Source: Thermoplasmata archaeon (lineage in GTDB: Archaea > Thermoplasmatota > Thermoplasmata > Lutacidiplasmatales > UBA184). From it: a stretch of 64,000 nucleotides of DNA. The number at the start of each line of letters is the position of its first letter. Position 1 is the first letter of the stretch. Below, piece by piece: positions 40,805 through 50,406 of this stretch. The position numbers and the translations under genes were made by a program. The notes beneath the pieces were generated by a model, which saw only the letters and a program-made list of their open reading frames with translations, searched no databases and was not told the DNA's origin. The DNA lies in the NCBI GenBank assembly GCA_038729445.1, contig JAVYSA010000002.1:1064-65063 (forward strand), given 5' to 3'.

Positions 40805-42040
40805 GTGGATCTTCAGTTTCTCGGGGGGGCCTCCGAGGTCGGATCGCTCGGCCTGGTCGTTCGCGACCAGGGCCGAACCCTCCTCTTCGACTACGGGATG
40901 ACCCCGACCGATCCGCCGTCGTACCCCCGGCCGGCCCCGACGAACCTCGACGCCGTCTTCCTCTCCCATGCCCACCTCGACCACTCGGGCATGGTCCCGA
41001 TCCTGACCCGAATCCCCCGGGCGAGGATCGTGATGACTCCGGTCACGCTCGCCGTCGCGGATCTGCTGACCCGCGACGCCCTGAAGATCGCCCGGCTGGA
41101 GGGATACCTCCCCCCGTTCGATCCCGCCGACATCCGCGCCCTGCATGCCCGCACGGCCGTCCTACACCGGCACGACACCTTCCGCTACCGGGGGATCGAG
41201 GTCTCCCTCACACCGGCCGGACACATTCCCGGTGCGTCGATGTACCTCTACCGCGGGGAGAAGGATCTCCTCTTCACCGGCGACGTGCAGACCTTGGCGA
41301 CCCGCCTCGTCAGGGGTGCCGAGCCGGTCGCCTGCGACGTCCTGGTGATGGAGGCAACCTATGCCGGCCGCGAGCATCCGGACCGGGGGGAAACGGAACG
41401 CCGGTTCCTCGACGCCATCCAGACCACCGTCGAACGGGGCGGCCGGGCGATCGTCCCTGCCTTCGCGGTCGGCCGGGCGCAGGAGGTCCTGCTGACGCTG
41501 GCCTCGTCCGGATTCGCGATCTGCTTGGACGGCATGGCCCGGTCGGTCAACCGCATCTACGAGAGCGCTCCGGAGACCCTTGCGGATCCGGAGAAGTTCC
41601 GGCGGGCGACCGAGGGCGTGCGGATCGTGGAGACCCCCGGCGACCGCAAGAAGGCCCTGCGGGAGGCCGACGTCATCGTGACGACCGGAGGCATGCTCGA
41701 CGGCGGGCCGGTGCTCTACTACATCGGCGAGCTCCACGGCGACCCGAACTCCTCCATCCTGCTGACCGGCTACCAGGTGGAGGGATCGAACGGGCGGCGG
41801 CTCCTGGAGGAGGGGACGCTTGTCCTCGACAACGAGGAGATCGTGCGGCCGACCTGCGAGGTCCGGAAGTTCGACTTCTCGGCCCACGCGTCGCACTCGG
41901 AGCTCGTCCGCCTCGCGAAGGCCACCGGAGCCGAGACGATCGTGCTGATGCACGGCGACCAGCGCGAGGCGCTGCGCGACGACCTCGCCTCCTTCGCCGA
42001 CGTCGTCCTCCCCGAGACCGGGCGCGTCTACTCGGTCTGA
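40805..42040 (+). CDS. MBL-fold beta-CASP ribonuclease (aCPSF2-like size, 411 aa)
   Basis: MDLQFLGGASEVGSLGLVV...LFDYGM...VFLSHAHLDHSGMVP...EATYAGREH...FDFSAHASHSELV...VLMHGD. Confidence 0.85.
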   Translation: MDLQFLGGASEVGSLGLVVRDQGRTLLFDYGMTPTDPPSYPRPAPTNLDAVFLSHAHLDHSGMVPILTRIPRARIVMTPVTLAVADLLTRDALKIARLEGYLPPFDPADIRALHARTAVLHRHDTFRYRGIEVSLTPAGHIPGASMYLYRGEKDLLFTGDVQTLATRLVRGAEPVACDVLVMEATYAGREHPDRGETERRFLDAIQTTVERGGRAIVPAFAVGRAQEVLLTLASSGFAICLDGMARSVNRIYESAPETLADPEKFRRATEGVRIVETPGDRKKALREADVIVTTGGMLDGGPVLYYIGELHGDPNSSILLTGYQVEGSNGRRLLEEGTLVLDNEEIVRPTCEVRKFDFSAHASHSELVRLAKATGAETIVLMHGDQREALRDDLASFADVVLPETGRVYSV

Positions 42041-43176
42041 TCTCTGCCGTCGTGGGCCGGGGAGGCTGCCGTCGGACCGGCGTCCTGCGCATCCCCTGCC
42101 GCCGTCTCCCGGGCGGGCCGCACGGAGGCAGGTCCTCCTCCCAGCGCGGCGATCGCCGCTTCGAGCTCCGCGATCCCCTCGCCCGTGACGGCCGAGGTCC
42201 TCAGCCGTCCGGGGATGTGGCGGTCGTGGCGGTCCGACTTCGACTCCACGACCAGGATCGGCCGATTCCCGAGCTCCTGGCGCCACCGGGACAGGAGCGC
42301 CTCCTGCTCCTCCACAGAATGCCCGCAGTCCCCGGTCGGGTCGAGGACGAAGAGGACCGCCCGGGCCCCGTGCTGGACCGCCGTCTCGGCCTCCGCCTCG
42401 GCCGGATTCTTCCGGCCGGCCCGGTCGAGGACGCCGGGGGTGTCAAGGACCTGCCAACGATCGGATCCGAGATCGGCGTGGCCGACTTCGAGCGCCAAGG
42501 TCGTGAACGGGAACGGTGCGACCCGCGGCCGGGCCGTCGAGAGGCGGGCGACGAGGGCCGACTTCCCGACGTTGGGGAATCCGGCCACGACCAGCGTGGG
42601 GGCGGACGGGTCGATCGTCGGCCGTTCCTTGCGGTAGGCCCGGACCTCCCGGAGGAATGCCAGGTCCGGATCGATCTCCCGCACGTGGCTCGCGATGCGT
42701 CCGTAGAAGCGCCGGACCGTCTCTCCGAGGGCGTCGGGCCCGTCGGCGGCCGCAAGCTCGCGCTCGGCCTCCCGCTGCCGCTCCCGGATCCGCTCCACGG
42801 CACGCCGGAGGCGACCAAGGGAGCGGTCGAGCCGGCCGGGCCCGAACCGCCGGTCGAGCAGCGCCCGCTCGAAATCCGTGAGCGGAGGACGGGTGAACTC
42901 CGCCGCGATCCGGCGCACCTGACGCTGGACCGTGGCGCCGCTGCGGACGACCTTGAGCGTCGCACGGCGCCGGTCCCGCTCCGGCTTGGTGGTCCCCCCC
43001 GGGTTCGCCCGGGAGGCTCGATGGAAGGCGACCTCGAGGATCTCCTCCGACGGAGGAGGGTCCGCCTCGTCGCCTCGCCGGGAAGGACGGGCGGATTGGG
43101 ATCGGCCGGCGCGGCCGGTGCTCCGCATGCCGGTGCAGCCGGTCCGGGACGCATAGCGTTGCCGCGTGCCCGCCAT
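42028..43176 (-). CDS. NOG1-family GTP-binding protein
   Basis: PSEEILEVAFHRASR...PTLVVAGFPNVGKSALV (G1)...LDTPG (G3)...VVESKSD (G4)...SAVTGEGI. Start is ATG 43176 or ATG 43128 (the track ORF extends to 44214). The 3' end overlaps the convergent RNase gene by 13 nt. Confidence 0.8.
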   Translation of the reverse strand: MAGTRQRYASRTGCTGMRSTGRAGRSQSARPSRRGDEADPPPSEEILEVAFHRASRANPGGTTKPERDRRRATLKVVRSGATVQRQVRRIAAEFTRPPLTDFERALLDRRFGPGRLDRSLGRLRRAVERIRERQREAERELAAADGPDALGETVRRFYGRIASHVREIDPDLAFLREVRAYRKERPTIDPSAPTLVVAGFPNVGKSALVARLSTARPRVAPFPFTTLALEVGHADLGSDRWQVLDTPGVLDRAGRKNPAEAEAETAVQHGARAVLFVLDPTGDCGHSVEEQEALLSRWRQELGNRPILVVESKSDRHDRHIPGRLRTSAVTGEGIAELEAAIAALGGGPASVRPARETAAGDAQDAGPTAASPAHDGRDQTE

Positions 43177-43260
43177 CGGGGGGGGGCGGCGGGGCGGCTC
43201 ACGACCGGCGCGCGCTACGGCTTTAGGGGGAACCGTGCTGGGCGCGCGGGGTGGCCCACC

Positions 43261-44649
43261 GTGGCCCGCTGGATACCGGACACCGAGCGCGAGGAGGCCG
43301 AGATGCTCTCCGCCCTGGGGCTCCGCAGCGCGGAAGAGCTGTTCGCCGATGTGCCGAAGAAGGCGCGGATCGGCCGTCTGGGGATCGGCCCCGCCCTGTC
43401 CGAGGCGGAGGCGGTGCGCCAGATCGATCGGATCCTCGAGCGGAACCGGCCCTACTCGAAGTTCGTCTCGTGCCTGGGGGGCCGGATCGCGGCGCGCTAC
43501 ACTCCGGCGGCGCTGGACGGGATCCTGCAGCGGAGCGAGTTCTACACCTCCTACACCCCGTACCAGCCCGAGGCGAGCCAAGGAATGCTCCAGGCGATGT
43601 TCGAGTTCCAGAGCCTCTGGGTCGAGCTCACGGGCATGGACGTCGCCAACTCCTCGCTCTACGACGGGGCGACCGCGAGCGGTGAGGCGATGCTCCTGTG
43701 CCACCGGGCCCACGAGGGCAAGCGCTTCCTGGTCCCGGAAAGCCTTCCCTGGGAGGAACGGAGCGTCCTCGAGAACTATGCCACCGGACCCGGAATCCTG
43801 GTCGAGTCGATCCCGTACGATCCCCACACGGGGGGCCTCGATCTCGACGCGGTCCGGGCCTCGGTCGGGCGCGGCGACGTCTTCGGGATGCTCGCGGACG
43901 TCCCCAACGGGTTCGGCCACCTGGACGAGGGGATCCTCTCCCTGCGCTCGGTCCTCGGGACGATCCCGCTGGTCGTCCATGCGGATCCCCTGTCCCTTGC
44001 GGTCCTCGAACCGCCCGGCGCCTACGGGGCGGACATCGTCGTCGGTGAGGGCCAGGGATTCGGGATCCCGCCCTCCTACGGGGGACCCCTTGTCGGCCTG
44101 TTCGCCTGCCGCAAGGAACTCGTCCGCTTCGCCCCCGGCCGCATCGTGGGGGCGACCCACGACCGGGACGGTCGACGCGCCTACACCCTGACCCTGCAGA
44201 CCCGGGAGCAGCACATCCGCCGGTCACGGGCGACCTCGAACATCTGCACGAACCAGTCGCTCGTCGCGCTCGCATTCGTCCTCTACGCCTCCCTCCTTGG
44301 GCCGTCGGGCCTCGCGGAGCTGCAGCGGTCCTTGGCCGAGAAGGCCCGGGCAATGGCCCAGGCCCTCGCGGCGGTCGAAGGCATCGAGGCGCCCCGGTTC
44401 GATGCGCCGTACCTCGGCGAGTTCACGATCGAACTGGCCTCAGGGACTGCCGTGGAGTTCCTCGATCGGATGCGGCGGCGGGGGGTCCTCGCGGGCCACC
44501 CACTGTCGGACCCCCGGCCGGGCCGGGGCAACGGGGCACCCGCCCGGATCCTCGTCGCCGCCACGGAGACGATCGACGCGAAGGCGATCCAGAAGATCGC
44601 GACCGCGGCGGCCGCCTCGGCCCGACCGCGAGCCGGAGGGCCCGCATGA
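43261..44649 (+). CDS. gcvPA: Glycine dehydrogenase (decarboxylating) subunit 1
   Basis: (V)ARWIPDTEREEAEMLSALGLRSAEELFADVP...FYTSYTPYQPEASQGMLQAMFEFQ...TREQHIRRSRATSNICTNQ. GTG start at 43261 (the track ORF extends to 42052). Confidence 0.9.
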   Translation: MARWIPDTEREEAEMLSALGLRSAEELFADVPKKARIGRLGIGPALSEAEAVRQIDRILERNRPYSKFVSCLGGRIAARYTPAALDGILQRSEFYTSYTPYQPEASQGMLQAMFEFQSLWVELTGMDVANSSLYDGATASGEAMLLCHRAHEGKRFLVPESLPWEERSVLENYATGPGILVESIPYDPHTGGLDLDAVRASVGRGDVFGMLADVPNGFGHLDEGILSLRSVLGTIPLVVHADPLSLAVLEPPGAYGADIVVGEGQGFGIPPSYGGPLVGLFACRKELVRFAPGRIVGATHDRDGRRAYTLTLQTREQHIRRSRATSNICTNQSLVALAFVLYASLLGPSGLAELQRSLAEKARAMAQALAAVEGIEAPRFDAPYLGEFTIELASGTAVEFLDRMRRRGVLAGHPLSDPRPGRGNGAPARILVAATETIDAKAIQKIATAAAASARPRAGGPA

Positions 44650-46151
44650 CGTTCCGCCAGGCCCGCTGGGACGAGCCCCCCCTCTGGGAACTCGATCCGC
44701 GTGCCGCAGAGGGAGGGGAGCTTACGGGCCCGGAGATCCCCGGGATTCCGGAGCGCTGGCGCCGCCGGCAGGGCCTCCGCTGGCCGACGCTGGGGGAGCT
44801 CGAGGTCGTCCGTCATTACACCCGGCTCAGCCAGATGAACTTCGGCATCGAGACGTCGACCTATCCGCTCGGTTCGTGCACCATGAAGTACAACCCGCGG
44901 GTCGGGGAGGTCCTCGCTCGGCGGCGGAATGCGGCCGAACTCCATCCGGACCAGCCGGTCGAGACGGTCCAGGGCGCGCTCGAGATCCTCTGGAGGCTCG
45001 AGCGGCTCCTCGCGAAGGTCACCGGCCTGCCCGAGGTATCCCTCCAGCCGGCGGCCGGAGCCCATGGGGAGTATGCGGCGCTCCTGATGATCCGGGCCCA
45101 CTTCCGGGAGCGCGGCGAGGAGGGACGCCGGACCGAGATCCTGCTGCCGGACACCGCCCACGGGACAAACCCGGCCTCGGCGACGATGGCCGGCTTCACC
45201 ACCCGGGAGCTCCCCTCGAAGGATGGATGCGTCGATCTGGACGCCCTGCGGTCGGCGCTGAGCGACCGGACGGCCGGTTTCATGCTGACGAACCCCAACA
45301 CCGCGGGCCTCTTCGAGAGCGAGATCCTGGAGATCGCCCGGGAGGTCCATGGGGCCGGAGCGATGCTCTACTACGACGGGGCGAACCTCAACGCGATCCT
45401 CGGCGTCACCAATCCCGGCCGGATGGGGTTCGACGTGGCCCACCTCAACCTCCACAAGACCTTCGCGACGCCGCACGGCGGAGGGGGACCGGGGGCGGGC
45501 GTCCTTGCCGCCAACGAGACCCTGGCCCCGTTCCTGCCGGTCCCGCGGATCCGGAAGGTCGGCCGCCACTTCCACCTCGACTACGACCGTCCGAAGTCGA
45601 TCGGCAAGATCAAGGCCGGCTACGGCAACTTCGGCCTCGACCTGAGGGCCTTCGCCTTCGCCCTGGTCCACGGGGAGGAGGGGCTCCGGCGGGTCTCCCG
45701 CCGCGCCGTGCTGAACTCGAACTACGTCGCCCAAAGGCTCGGTCGCCGCCTGGCGCGGCCGTTCCGGCCGCTCGTCAAGCACGAGTTCGTCCTCTCGGGA
45801 GAGTCCCTGCGGGAGCGCGGGGTACGGACGCTCGATCTGGCGAAGCGGCTGCTGGACGAGGGGGTCCACGCCCCGACCGTCTACTTCCCGACGATCGTGC
45901 CGGAATCGCTCATGGTCGAGCTTCCGGAGACGGAGAGCAAGCGGGAGCTCGACGCCTTCGTCGCCGCCTTCGAACGGGCGCTCGATGACACCCCCGAGGG
46001 CCTGCGGGGAGCCCCCCGCGCGACGTCCGTCGGCCGCATCGACGAGGTGGAGGCCGCCCGCCGTCCGCTGCTCTCCTGGAAGGACCTCCGCGCGCCGGCA
46101 CCGCCGTCCCCGTCGCCGCCCGAGACGGCGGGCTCCGTCCCCAAACCTTGA
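44646..46151 (+). CDS. gcvPB: Glycine dehydrogenase (decarboxylating) subunit 2
   Basis: LGELEVVRHYTRLSQMNFGIETSTYPLGSCTMKYNP...HLNLHKTFATPHGGGGPG (PLP Lys). ATGA overlap with gcvPA. Confidence 0.9.
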   Translation: MTFRQARWDEPPLWELDPRAAEGGELTGPEIPGIPERWRRRQGLRWPTLGELEVVRHYTRLSQMNFGIETSTYPLGSCTMKYNPRVGEVLARRRNAAELHPDQPVETVQGALEILWRLERLLAKVTGLPEVSLQPAAGAHGEYAALLMIRAHFRERGEEGRRTEILLPDTAHGTNPASATMAGFTTRELPSKDGCVDLDALRSALSDRTAGFMLTNPNTAGLFESEILEIAREVHGAGAMLYYDGANLNAILGVTNPGRMGFDVAHLNLHKTFATPHGGGGPGAGVLAANETLAPFLPVPRIRKVGRHFHLDYDRPKSIGKIKAGYGNFGLDLRAFAFALVHGEEGLRRVSRRAVLNSNYVAQRLGRRLARPFRPLVKHEFVLSGESLRERGVRTLDLAKRLLDEGVHAPTVYFPTIVPESLMVELPETESKRELDAFVAAFERALDDTPEGLRGAPRATSVGRIDEVEAARRPLLSWKDLRAPAPPSPSPPETAGSVPKP

Positions 46152-46177
46152 AGGGGGGCCCCTCCCTGCGGGGCGCG

Positions 46178-47287
46178 ATGCGAGACCGGATCCTCAAGAT
46201 GTATCGGCACACCGACCCGAAGCCGGACGCGATCGTCGTGGCGAACTCGGTGGACCCCCACCTGGACGGGACGTTCTTCTGGATGTTCGACGTGCCGAGC
46301 GGGCTCTTCGAGGGCTCCCTCGCCATCGCCCATCCGGACGGGGAACTCGACGTGTTCACCTCCGCCCTTGAGGCGGAGACGGCCCGGCAGACGGCCAAGC
46401 GCGACCCGCACGTTCGGATCCACGAGTTCCGCACGCCGTCGGAGATCGAGGGAGAGGTGCGCCGCCTGGTCGGGGAGACCTCGACGGTCGGCCTCCACCA
46501 CCAGGAGCTCACCCATGCCGGCTACGAGCGGCTGGCCAAGATCCTCCCCTCCGCGTCGTTCGTCGACGTGAGCCCCGCGATCCGCCGCGCCCGGGCGACC
46601 AAGGACGCGGTCGAGATCGGACGGCTCGAGCGGGCCGCGGCGATCGGATCCCAGGTCGCCCTGGAGATCCCCGGCCTGCTGCATGACGGCCTCTTGGAAC
46701 GCGACCTCGCGACCGAGATGAACCACCGCATGATGCGGCACGGCGCCGAGGGGCCCTCGTTCGCGACCATCGTCGCCTTCGGTCCCAACAGCGCGGAGCC
46801 CCACTACTTCGCGGGCGAGCGGCCGCTGCGCTCCGGGGATTCGATCGTCTGCGACTTCGGGGCGCTCTTCGGACGGTACGCCTCGGACATCACGCGGTCG
46901 TTCCACTTCGGGCGCCGCGACCCGGAGCTCCAGGCGGTCCATGACAAGGTCGAGGAGGCGCAGCAGGCGGCCCTGGCGACGATCCGCGCCGGCGTGCCCG
47001 CCCGGGACGTCCATCTCGCGGCCCAGCAGGTCATCGACACCTCCCCCTGGAAGGGACGCTTCACGCACGGCCTCGGCCACTCCATCGGGCTGAGGGTCCA
47101 CGACGGATGGGGAATGAACGAGCGAAGCGAAGACTCCCTCGAGGAAGGGATGGTCATCACGGTGGAACCGGGGATCTACCTGCCCGGGCGGGGCGGGGTC
47201 CGGATCGAGGACGACGTCGTGGTCACCGCGACCGGCTACCGCTTCCTGACGACGGCCCCCCGCGGCTACCTCGAGGTCGCAGCGTGA
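46178..47287 (+). CDS. M24-family Xaa-Pro dipeptidase/aminopeptidase
   Basis: FATIVAFGPNSAEPHY...SIVCDFGALFGRYASDITRS...THGLGHSIGLRVHD...VITVEPGIYLPGRGGVRIEDDVVV carries the metal-ligand pattern D, D, H, E, E. Start is ATG 46178 (or TTG 46148 overlapping the gcvPB stop). Confidence 0.85.
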   Translation: MRDRILKMYRHTDPKPDAIVVANSVDPHLDGTFFWMFDVPSGLFEGSLAIAHPDGELDVFTSALEAETARQTAKRDPHVRIHEFRTPSEIEGEVRRLVGETSTVGLHHQELTHAGYERLAKILPSASFVDVSPAIRRARATKDAVEIGRLERAAAIGSQVALEIPGLLHDGLLERDLATEMNHRMMRHGAEGPSFATIVAFGPNSAEPHYFAGERPLRSGDSIVCDFGALFGRYASDITRSFHFGRRDPELQAVHDKVEEAQQAALATIRAGVPARDVHLAAQQVIDTSPWKGRFTHGLGHSIGLRVHDGWGMNERSEDSLEEGMVITVEPGIYLPGRGGVRIEDDVVVTATGYRFLTTAPRGYLEVAA

Positions 47288-48306
47288 GGTTCGGCGTCCT
47301 GACGGGCGGGGGCGACTGCCCGGGCCTCAATGCGGCGATCCGCGGCGCGGTCCTCCGTGCCCTTGAGACCGGCCACGAGATCCACGGCTTCCTTGACGGC
47401 TGGAAGGGGGTCCGGGACGGAATCGTCCGGCCCCTCGCCCGCGAGGACGTCCGGGAGATCGTCGGGATCGGCGGCACGATCCTCGGCAGCTCCCGGACGA
47501 ACCCCTTCGCGAAGCCGGAGGACGCCGAGAAGGTGCTCGCTCAGCTCGATGGGCACCGGATCGACTGGCTGATCGCGATCGGCGGCGACGACACCCTGAC
47601 AGCGGCCCGGGAACTGTCCCGGAGGGGCCGGGCGGTGGTGGGCGTGCCGAAGACGATGGACAACGACGTTGCCGGCACCGACTGGACCTTCGGGTTCGAC
47701 TCGGCGGCAAGCGTCGCCGTCGAGGCCCTCGAACGGCTTCGGGACACCGCCCGCAGCCACCACCGTGCGATCGTCCTCGAGGTGATGGGGCGCCACGCCG
47801 GATGGGTCGCCCTGGCGACCGGCCTGGGCGGAGCCGCCGATGCGACGCTCATCCCCGAGGAACCGTACGACGAGGCCCGTCTCCTCGCGGTCGTCCGGTC
47901 CGCGCACGCCGCCCGCGGCTACGCCCTCATCGTGGCAAGCGAGGGGATCGACCTCGGCCTCGCCTCCGGAAGCGCCGGAGGCCGGGACGAGTTCGGCCAC
48001 GAGCTCCTGCGCGAGCGGGGGGTCGGGGCGGCGCTGGCGCGCCGGATCGAGCAGGGGACCGGGATCGAGACCCGGTCCGCCCAGATCGGCCACATCCAGC
48101 GGGGCGGGCCTCCGACCCTCTTCGACCGGATCCTGGCCACCCGCCTCGGTCGGGCCGCCGTCGACCTCGCGCTCGCCGGCCGCCGGGGCGAGGTCGCCGT
48201 GCTCCGCGGCGAGACGATCGAGGGGATCCCCCTCGACCGGGCGATCGGCGTCCCCAAGGTCGTCGACCGCGCATGGATCGACCTCCTGCACACGCTCGAG
48301 CGCTGA
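47284..48306 (+). CDS. pfp: PfkA-family 6-phosphofructokinase, predicted pyrophosphate-dependent
   Basis: (V)RFGVLTGGGDCPGLNAAIRG...IGGDDTLTAA...VGVPKTMDNDV...VMGRHAGW...GHIQRGG. GTG 47284 overlaps the peptidase stop (GTGA). The track ORF extends to 47107. Confidence 0.85.
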   Translation: MRFGVLTGGGDCPGLNAAIRGAVLRALETGHEIHGFLDGWKGVRDGIVRPLAREDVREIVGIGGTILGSSRTNPFAKPEDAEKVLAQLDGHRIDWLIAIGGDDTLTAARELSRRGRAVVGVPKTMDNDVAGTDWTFGFDSAASVAVEALERLRDTARSHHRAIVLEVMGRHAGWVALATGLGGAADATLIPEEPYDEARLLAVVRSAHAARGYALIVASEGIDLGLASGSAGGRDEFGHELLRERGVGAALARRIEQGTGIETRSAQIGHIQRGGPPTLFDRILATRLGRAAVDLALAGRRGEVAVLRGETIEGIPLDRAIGVPKVVDRAWIDLLHTLER

Positions 48307-48317
48307 GTGCGATTCCC

Positions 48318-49343
48318 ATGGCCGTCCGGGCGCTCTGGTACGAGGGTCACCGCCTCCACCTCATCGACCAGCGGGCGCTGCCCCAGCGCCTGCGGATCCT
48401 GCGCCGTCGCCGGGTCGAGGAGGTCGCGGAGGACATCCGCACCCTGGCGGTCCGGGGGGCTCCGGCGATCGGCGCCGCGGCGGCCTACGCGATGGCCCTC
48501 GCCTCCCGGCAGCCGCGGTGGACGCCGGCACGAGCGGCCCGGCTCCTCGCGGCGACCCGCCCGACCGCCTATGACCTCTTCGTCGGGATCGAGGCCGTCC
48601 GGCGGGCCTGGGCGGCCGGGGAGGACCCGGAGGCGGCGGCGCGGGAGCACTGCCGCCGCATCGTGGAGGCATGCCACCGGATCGGACGCGCCGGAGCCCC
48701 GCTCCTCCGCCGGGCGCGCCGGATCCTCACGCACTGCAACGCGGGGGCCCTGGCGACCGTCGAGTGGGGGACCGCCCTCGCACCGATCCGCGTCGCGCAT
48801 GACCGGGGGCAGGAGCTCTTCGTCTTCGTCGACGAGACCCGGCCCCTGCTGCAGGGCTCCCGCCTGACGGCGTGGGAGCTCGCCCGGGAGAAGATCCCGC
48901 ACGCGGTCATCGCGGACAACGCCGCCGGGCACTACCTCGCGCGGGGGGAGATCGACGCGGTGATCGTCGGGGCGGACCGGATCGCCCGGAACGGCGACTT
49001 CGCGAACAAGATCGGCACCTACGAGAAGGCGGTCCTCGCCCATGAGAACGGGGTGCCGTTCTACGTCGCCGCCCCCTGGCCGACCTTCGACTTCGGCCGG
49101 TCGAGCGGCGCGTCGATTCCGGTCGAGGAGCGCGACCCGGAGGAGGTCACGAATTGCGGCGGGGTGCGCCTCGCCCCCCGCGCGAGCCCGGCACGCAATC
49201 CCGCCTTCGACGTCACGCCCGCACGGTACGTGACCGCCTTCGTCACACCGGCCGGCGTCGTCCGGCCGGGGGCCGTTGCCGGACTCCGGCGCCGGGCGGA
49301 GGCCGAGCGCGGGCCGTCGCCCCCGGGGGGATCGACACGATGA
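48318..49343 (+). CDS. eIF-2B alpha/beta/delta-family sugar-phosphate isomerase (MTR-1-P isomerase or ribose-1,5-bisphosphate isomerase)
   Basis: LHLIDQRALP...VRGAPAIGAAAAYAMAL...ILTHCNAGALAT...DETRPLLQG...GADRIARNGDFANKIGTY...NPAFDVTPA. Start is ATG 48318 (the track ORF extends to 47802). Confidence 0.85.
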   Translation: MAVRALWYEGHRLHLIDQRALPQRLRILRRRRVEEVAEDIRTLAVRGAPAIGAAAAYAMALASRQPRWTPARAARLLAATRPTAYDLFVGIEAVRRAWAAGEDPEAAAREHCRRIVEACHRIGRAGAPLLRRARRILTHCNAGALATVEWGTALAPIRVAHDRGQELFVFVDETRPLLQGSRLTAWELAREKIPHAVIADNAAGHYLARGEIDAVIVGADRIARNGDFANKIGTYEKAVLAHENGVPFYVAAPWPTFDFGRSSGASIPVEERDPEEVTNCGGVRLAPRASPARNPAFDVTPARYVTAFVTPAGVVRPGAVAGLRRRAEAERGPSPPGGSTR

Positions 49344-50065
49344 GCCGGATCCGACCGGCGAGCGCGGAGGCGGCCGTGCCGCTCGAGGGCCATCCGACCC
49401 CCGGGCTCCTCTCCGACTTCATCCTGGGCAGCCAGGACGGCCTTGTGAACGTCCTCGGCATCCTTCTTGGGCTCGCGAGCGCAGGGGAGGGCCGGGCGGT
49501 CATCCTCGTCGCGACGGTCGCCGCGCTGGCGGCCGAGACGATCTCGATGGCGGCCGTCGCCTACACCTCGACCCGGGCACGGCGGCAGTTCTACCTCGCC
49601 GAGCAGGACCGGGAGCGTTGGGAGATGGAGCACCTGCCCGACGCGGAACGGCAGGAGGTCCGCGAGATCCTCGACCGCTGGGGGTTCGAGGGGGAGGAGC
49701 GGGAGGATCTCCTCGATCGGATCGTCCGCAAGCCGAAGGCGATGCTCGATCTGATGATGGCCTTCGAGCTCCACCTCGCCCCCGTGTCGGCCGAACAGCC
49801 GCAGCGGAGCGCGCTCATCGTCGGGCTGGCGACGGTCGTCGGCTCGGTGATCCCCATCCTCCCGTTCCTCCTGACGGCCAATGTCCCGCTGGCCGCCGCC
49901 GCGGCGGTCGTCCTCGCGGGCGGCATGCTCTTCGCGATCGGGTGGTACGAGGCCCGGACGACGGTCGGATCGCTCTGGCGCAGCGGGCTGAGGATGCTGG
50001 TGATCGGGCTGGCCGCCGGCTTCGCCGGGTTCCTCGTCGGAATCCTCCTGCATGACCTCCCCTGA
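49340..50065 (+). CDS. VIT1/CCC1-family iron/manganese transporter
   Basis: LSDFILGSQDGLVNVLGILLGLA...AAETISMAAVAYTS...EREMEH...five hydrophobic helices. ATGA overlap with the upstream stop. Confidence 0.85.
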   Translation: MSRIRPASAEAAVPLEGHPTPGLLSDFILGSQDGLVNVLGILLGLASAGEGRAVILVATVAALAAETISMAAVAYTSTRARRQFYLAEQDRERWEMEHLPDAERQEVREILDRWGFEGEEREDLLDRIVRKPKAMLDLMMAFELHLAPVSAEQPQRSALIVGLATVVGSVIPILPFLLTANVPLAAAAAVVLAGGMLFAIGWYEARTTVGSLWRSGLRMLVIGLAAGFAGFLVGILLHDLP

Positions 50066-50122
50066 GCCGGGCGCGGCGGCCGCCGACCCCGAAGCGGGGG
50101 GCCCGGAACCCCGGTGCGGTAC

Positions 50123-50341
50123 TCAGGCCTTCCGGCGCGACCGGGGGCCCGACGGGGGCGTCTCCTTCATCAGAAGGCGCACCCGGATCGTGCCCTTCAA
50201 CCGCAGGGCGTCCGGCAGCAGGGGGAACCGGACCTCGATGTCGTCCAGCGAGATCTCGAGGTTCCCTTCCCGGTCCGTGAGCGATCGCATGATCTCCTCG
50301 ACCGGCCCGACCGTCACCTCTCCCGAGGGCGATGCGACCAT
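50123..50341 (-). CDS. Hypothetical small protein (72 aa)
   Basis: MVASPSGEVTVGPVEEIMRSLTDREGNLEISLDDIEVRFPLLPDALRLKGTIRVRLLMKETPP. Plausible beta-rich composition, co-directional with and 65 nt downstream of the SDR gene. No family assigned with confidence. Confidence 0.35.
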   Translation of the reverse strand: MVASPSGEVTVGPVEEIMRSLTDREGNLEISLDDIEVRFPLLPDALRLKGTIRVRLLMKETPPSGPRSRRKA

Positions 50342-50406
50342 GCCGGGAGGATGGTCGTCCCGGCATCTGAACCCTTCGGTGCGGTGCCGGAGCCCGCCCG
50401 CACCCG

